Shown here: positions 25,741 to 29,747 of the stretch, in pieces | How positions within the stretch are numbered: position 1 is the first letter of the stretch | Layout: every line of letters starts with the position of its first letter | DNA from: an uncultured archaeon | GTDB lineage: Archaea; Aenigmatarchaeota; Aenigmatarchaeia; CG10238-14 | Direction of reading: 5' to 3' | Assembly: GCA_964392445.1 (NCBI GenBank) | Contig: CAYMPD010000005.1 | Location: 1-29,747, forward strand | DNA length: 29,747 nt | The notes under the pieces: model-generated | Told to the model about the DNA's origin: nothing | Seen by the model: the letters and a program-made list of their open reading frames with translations, nothing else | Databases searched by the model: none | Made by a program: the position numbers and the translations under genes

Positions 25741-25761
25741 CATAAATTCAAATATTATTTA

Positions 25762-27885
25762 ATGTCAATATTAGAGAAAATACTCGGAAATAAAGAAAAT
25801 TATAACCAACAGGAAATAGAAAGACGAGCTAGAGAATATTCACCTAAAGCTCCTGAGAAGCCCAAAAGATCCTTCTTTGAAAAAGCATGTAAATTCGCTG
25901 GGAAAACACTAAATATAAAAGCACCAGAAGGGATCCGAGAAAAACTAAATAAATCCATTTTAATGCTGGATCTTGATATTACTCCAGACAGTGTAGTTTC
26001 ATTGACTGTACTAACTTTTGTTGTTTCAATTATAACAATTATACCTCTATTTTTCCTAGTAAAAGGGTTCAATATATTCCTACCATTTTTACCTTTAATC
26101 GGGACTTATTTTATTTACACATATCCTAGTTATCTGGCAACAGTTACCAAGATTAGAGCGTCTGATGAGACTGTTAAAGTGATACTTTACATGGTCATTT
26201 ATCTTAGATTCAATCCACAGTTAGAGGGAGCTATGAGCTTTGCTGCTGAGCATTGTCATGGCCCGATAGGGAAGGATTTGAAAGAACTTGTATGGGGTAT
26301 GGAAGGTGGACAATATCTAAACCTGAAAGAAGCACTAAGTACCAAAATGGAGAAATGGTTGATTTGGGATAAAGAATTTGTTGAATCGATGAATTTACTT
26401 TTATCAATGACAAGAATAGGATCGGGGGATGTGAGAAATAAGACTTTGAACAAAGCTCTATCTTATATCCTTACCTCGACTTACGAAAAGATGAAAGAAT
26501 ATAGCCGAAATTTAAGATCCCCGATAACATTGATACATAGTATGGGTATAACTTTTCCTTTGATGGGTTTGGTAATGTTTCCAATGATATCGATTTTTCT
26601 ACATGATCAACTCAATCCTTTTTACCTTGGAATCGGTTATATTGTGATATTGCCTTCAATTTTGTATTTTTATTTGAAAAGAACTATTTCTAAAAGACCT
26701 GGTGCCTTTTCTTCACCGGATATATCTGACCACCCTGACCTGCCTCCAAAAGGAAAATTCGAACTAAATCTCCCCAATAAAAAAATCCTTATTCCTGTTC
26801 TTTTTGTTTCAATACTAGTTGTCATTTATAGTTCTATTCCAGGTATTATTCACTTCATAAATTTAGGTTCAAGTTATTTTGGTTTCAAAAAGAATCCTAT
26901 GACTTTTACAGAGAATTGGAGAAATTATCTTAGTGCCCAGTATAAACCGGATAATTTATTTAGGTTAACTTTTTATTGTTTGAGTATAGTTTGGGGGATT
27001 GGGTTTGGAATTGTGGTTTATACTTTAGGTTCAAGTGTTCAGCGCCTTAAAATAAGAGACCAAATTAAAGAGATAGAAGACGAATTTCAGGTTGCATTAT
27101 TCAACCTAGCAGATGTTTTATCCTCGGGTATACCAGTAGAAACTGCTTTAGAAGAGGTTTCAAAGAAGTACAAACAATCCAAGATGACTAGTTCTCCTAT
27201 GTATTCTTTCTTTGTTGATATGTTGAGAAACATGAAAAACATGGGGATGACTTTTGAAAGGGCTGTATTTGATAGAAAATATGGTGCTATTGTAAGGTTC
27301 CCTTCAAAGTTAGTTCAGGACATAATGAAAATAATTGTTTCAGCGTCAAGGAAATCTTCATTGATACTTTCTGTAGCGACAAGATCAATATCTGACTTTC
27401 TTTCTAAAACTAAAAACATCGAATCTATGTTAAAACAAATGCTAGAGGAGATATCATCCGCCCTTAAACTTCAAGCTCAATTCATCGCTCCTTTCATCTG
27501 CGCTATTGTTGCAACTATGGCTACATTTATAATTGAATTACTACAAATGATAGCTGAGTTTTTGGTTTCTATTGAGGAAACTTTTAATATGGGTGGAACT
27601 TTCATACATAGCGGAACAACTCAATTTTCCCAGAGTCTTAGTATGGTGAATCTTGAAAAGGTGATGCCGCCAACTATATTTCAACTGATAATAGGTATAT
27701 ACATGATAGAGATTGTGGTTATACTTTCTTACTTTTTGAATGGGATAAGAAATGGTTTTGATGAAACTACAAGAAATGTGATGATTGGTAAAACACTTGT
27801 AACTTCGTTGATACTTTACTCAGTTATACTTTTGATATCATTATTCTTAACTAAGAGTATGACTCCAGTGTTCGGAGGACTGTAA
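25762..27885 (+). CDS. Type IV pilus/Tad membrane platform protein (T2SS-F family, fused TadB/TadC, ArlJ-like), copy 2
   Basis: 707 aa. Aligns end to end with the 16439 gene (FAAEHCHGPIGKDLK, GLVMFPMISIFL...LNPFYLGIGY, ISKRP, VMPPT.FQLIIGIYMIEIV). Confidence 0.85.
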   Translation: MSILEKILGNKENYNQQEIERRAREYSPKAPEKPKRSFFEKACKFAGKTLNIKAPEGIREKLNKSILMLDLDITPDSVVSLTVLTFVVSIITIIPLFFLVKGFNIFLPFLPLIGTYFIYTYPSYLATVTKIRASDETVKVILYMVIYLRFNPQLEGAMSFAAEHCHGPIGKDLKELVWGMEGGQYLNLKEALSTKMEKWLIWDKEFVESMNLLLSMTRIGSGDVRNKTLNKALSYILTSTYEKMKEYSRNLRSPITLIHSMGITFPLMGLVMFPMISIFLHDQLNPFYLGIGYIVILPSILYFYLKRTISKRPGAFSSPDISDHPDLPPKGKFELNLPNKKILIPVLFVSILVVIYSSIPGIIHFINLGSSYFGFKKNPMTFTENWRNYLSAQYKPDNLFRLTFYCLSIVWGIGFGIVVYTLGSSVQRLKIRDQIKEIEDEFQVALFNLADVLSSGIPVETALEEVSKKYKQSKMTSSPMYSFFVDMLRNMKNMGMTFERAVFDRKYGAIVRFPSKLVQDIMKIIVSASRKSSLILSVATRSISDFLSKTKNIESMLKQMLEEISSALKLQAQFIAPFICAIVATMATFIIELLQMIAEFLVSIEETFNMGGTFIHSGTTQFSQSLSMVNLEKVMPPTIFQLIIGIYMIEIVVILSYFLNGIRNGFDETTRNVMIGKTLVTSLILYSVILLISLFLTKSMTPVFGGL

Positions 27886-27888
27886 TAA

Positions 27889-29747
27889 ATGAAAGGAATG
27901 ACATTGGAAACGATGGGATTTGTACTCATTGCTTTATTTGGAGTTTTCGTATTGATCGTCTTTATCACTGGTTCTTTAGGTGAGTTAGGTAGAAACGTGA
28001 TTTGTTATTTTTATCAAAATGTTCTTTCACAAGATTTGGATATGTGTGAGACAAGAATAACTGCTTCCGTTAAGAAAACAATTAGACCAGAAGATTCAGA
28101 GGATTTGGCTAGAGAAATAGCTGCTCATTCTATTATTTGTTGGGAAGAGTCCGTGAAATCATTAAAAACCAAAGATACTTATTGTTACAATTTGATGATA
28201 GAAGGTGGGCCGTTCAGCCCTGGTGCAGATGAAATAGATGTGACTGATATTCTTTTAGAAGAAGGAGGATGTAATAGATTGGAAAATTATTATATTGACA
28301 GTAATTGTGGGAATGAAGACCAATTAAGATGGGAAGTTGGTGGCCCTGGTTTCTTTCCTTGGGAGAATAGGGGTATTGATGCTGGGTGGTTGGATCCTTG
28401 TGGTACAGTTAATATTACCAATGGTAGATGGATGTGGTCATGGGATGGAAACAGTTGGTCTGATCCTGTTGATCTCTCTACTATTGAACCTTGGAAATCG
28501 ATTCCTATATCTGGAGTTGGTTATAGGCCTTGGGAGAATGGTGGGATAGATGCTGGGTGGTTGAGTAGTGATGGGATAATAGGAATAACAAATGGTAAAT
28601 GGGCGTGGAACTGGGATGGGAGTAATTGGAATGGTCCGTTTGATCTTTATGAAAGTGAATACTGGGGGGATGAGTATCATGCAGAACATGGGATGGAACC
28701 TTGTCCTGAGGGACATTATCCTTGGGAGGGAAAGGGTATTGATTCTGGTTGGACTGACCCCAATGGTATCACAAATATTACTAATGGTAGATGGATGTGG
28801 AGTTGGGACGGAGATACTTGGTCTGATCCTATTGACATGTCTGAGACTCCTCCATGGGATTCTATCCCTATATCTGGAGTTGGTTATCTTCCATGGGAAA
28901 ATGGTGGAATAGATGCTGGGTGGTTGAGTAGTGATGGTAAGGTTGGGGTAACAAACGGTAAATGGGCATGGAATTGGGATGGGAGTTCTTGGAGTGATGT
29001 AGTTGATTTGGAGACAGTCTGGAGTACTGTTAAAAAATCTGATAATTGTCTTTACAGCAGTGAATGTAGTATAACAGATCAAAAATTAGTTCTGATTAAG
29101 TATGATGATGTCAACAAACAAATAGTTGTGAAAGCAGGTGAAGGTCAAGTTACTACTAGTACTGTTGGACCTGGGGTAACAACCACAACAGTAAGTGGTA
29201 CTACTACAACAACTGGATTAGGTTCTGGCTGTATTTTTGGTTCACCATGTACTTCAGGTTGGCCTGGTCATGAAGGGGGGATAAGGGAATTTAATGAAGA
29301 TGTGTATGCATGTGATGTCTTTGAGGTATGTGACCCTGACTTACAATTTATTGCAGACGAGGCTATTGATTGTTGTGAAAATGGTTGTTCATCATCTTGT
29401 CATGGCTATTGCTCCCAAGCAAGAAAAGATTCAGGTATATGTAATGATATGGGGGTATGTGAACCTAATCCTAGTTCAATGAAGGTCAAAAAATGTTCTG
29501 CGTTTTATCTTGCATTGGGTTTAGGCCAAGCCGCAGATATTATGAATGGCTACTATCAGGAAGAGATTGATTGTGCAAATCCTGATATTACTGTTACTGA
29601 TTGTGGATTTCCAGGACTTCAATGTAAGGGCTGCCTTGATGTTAGTTATAATCCCCCTTCTAGTGACGATCCTGAAATTTTATGTGGTTGGTCATCTGAC
29701 CCCAACGCCGATACTGATATGAGTAAAAATAGTTGTTATATGTCAGA
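27889..29747 (+). CDS. Large pilin-like protein (MKG|MT): CW..CY scaffold with four-repeat hemopexin-like insert, Thr linker and Cys-rich C-terminal domain (truncated by window edge)
   Basis: Hand translation, open from ATG 27889 to the window end (619 full codons): MKGMTLETMGFVLIALFGVFVLIVFITG...AHSIICWEES...YCYNL...EEGGCNRLEN...CGNEDQLRWEV-[insert]-ITDQKLVLIKYD...VTTSTVGPGVTTTTVSGTTTTT...CCENGC... Not in the ORF track. Confidence 0.88.
   Translation, partial: MKGMTLETMGFVLIALFGVFVLIVFITGSLGELGRNVICYFYQNVLSQDLDMCETRITASVKKTIRPEDSEDLAREIAAHSIICWEESVKSLKTKDTYCYNLMIEGGPFSPGADEIDVTDILLEEGGCNRLENYYIDSNCGNEDQLRWEVGGPGFFPWENRGIDAGWLDPCGTVNITNGRWMWSWDGNSWSDPVDLSTIEPWKSIPISGVGYRPWENGGIDAGWLSSDGIIGITNGKWAWNWDGSNWNGPFDLYESEYWGDEYHAEHGMEPCPEGHYPWEGKGIDSGWTDPNGITNITNGRWMWSWDGDTWSDPIDMSETPPWDSIPISGVGYLPWENGGIDAGWLSSDGKVGVTNGKWAWNWDGSSWSDVVDLETVWSTVKKSDNCLYSSECSITDQKLVLIKYDDVNKQIVVKAGEGQVTTSTVGPGVTTTTVSGTTTTTGLGSGCIFGSPCTSGWPGHEGGIREFNEDVYACDVFEVCDPDLQFIADEAIDCCENGCSSSCHGYCSQARKDSGICNDMGVCEPNPSSMKVKKCSAFYLALGLGQAADIMNGYYQEEIDCANPDITVTDCGFPGLQCKGCLDVSYNPPSSDDPEILCGWSSDPNADTDMSKNSCYMS
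28357..29010 (+). repeat. Four Trp-rich hemopexin-like repeats arranged AB-AB (363-bp duplication unit)
   Basis: PWENRGIDAGW..ITNGRWMWSWDG, PWENGGIDAGW..ITNGKWAWNWDG, PWEGKGIDSGW..ITNGRWMWSWDG, PWENGGIDAGW..VTNGKWAWNWDG. Units begin at 28357 and 28720 and are similar at the DNA level. Confidence 0.85.

Noticed and set aside
28357-29010. Repeats as a possible CRISPR array
   Set aside because: The units are in-frame degenerate coding repeats without constant repeat/unique spacer structure, and no cas genes are present.
28337-29082. Repetitive alternative-frame and antisense ORFs (28337-28549 +, 28592-28912 +, 28438-29082 -)
   Set aside because: By-products of the Trp/Gly-rich repeats in the long frame starting at 27889, which is open to the window end and homologous to 18897.
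10921-29747. Archaellum (arl/fla) operon interpretation
   Set aside because: No archaellin-like G|IGTLIVFIAMVLVA N-termini and no ArlH/ArlI ATPases. The subunits are diverse Cys-rich pilin-like proteins.

Overview
AT-rich archaeal window (TATA-type promoters, PCNA, archaeal FtsZ, class III prepilin leaders). A DPANN-type small-genome archaeon is my inference, not something the sequence proves. The left third holds ftsZ (runs off the left edge, missed by the ORF track), PCNA, an RPA small-subunit-like OB-fold protein, a MacB/LolD-type ABC exporter with a COG1361-like partner, a small HExxH peptidase, a secreted 'mini-RHS' protein with a C-terminal HExxH domain, and a divergent FbpABC-like importer. 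From 10921 to the right edge (about 19 kb, all + strand, 18 genes) is a type IV pilus/Tad-like locus. It has two paralogous ArlJ/TadBC-like platform proteins and 11 pilin-like genes (9 with a K-G/A class III leader, 2 with no leader). Conserved pilin scaffolds carry exchangeable cargo at defined loop positions. One scaffold pair has a vWA domain versus a 12-Cys domain at the same site. Another scaffold is present both empty and with a 244-aa four-repeat hemopexin-like insert (last ORF, 27889 onward, also missed by the ORF track). Two pilin-like proteins are fused to zinc metallopeptidase domains, each overlapping a paralogous membrane-anchored Cys-rich partner gene. This looks like a modular pilin-cargo surface display system. 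No assembly ATPase or prepilin peptidase, RNA gene, CRISPR array or transposase was seen. All calls come from motif reading and by-eye alignment, with no database searches.
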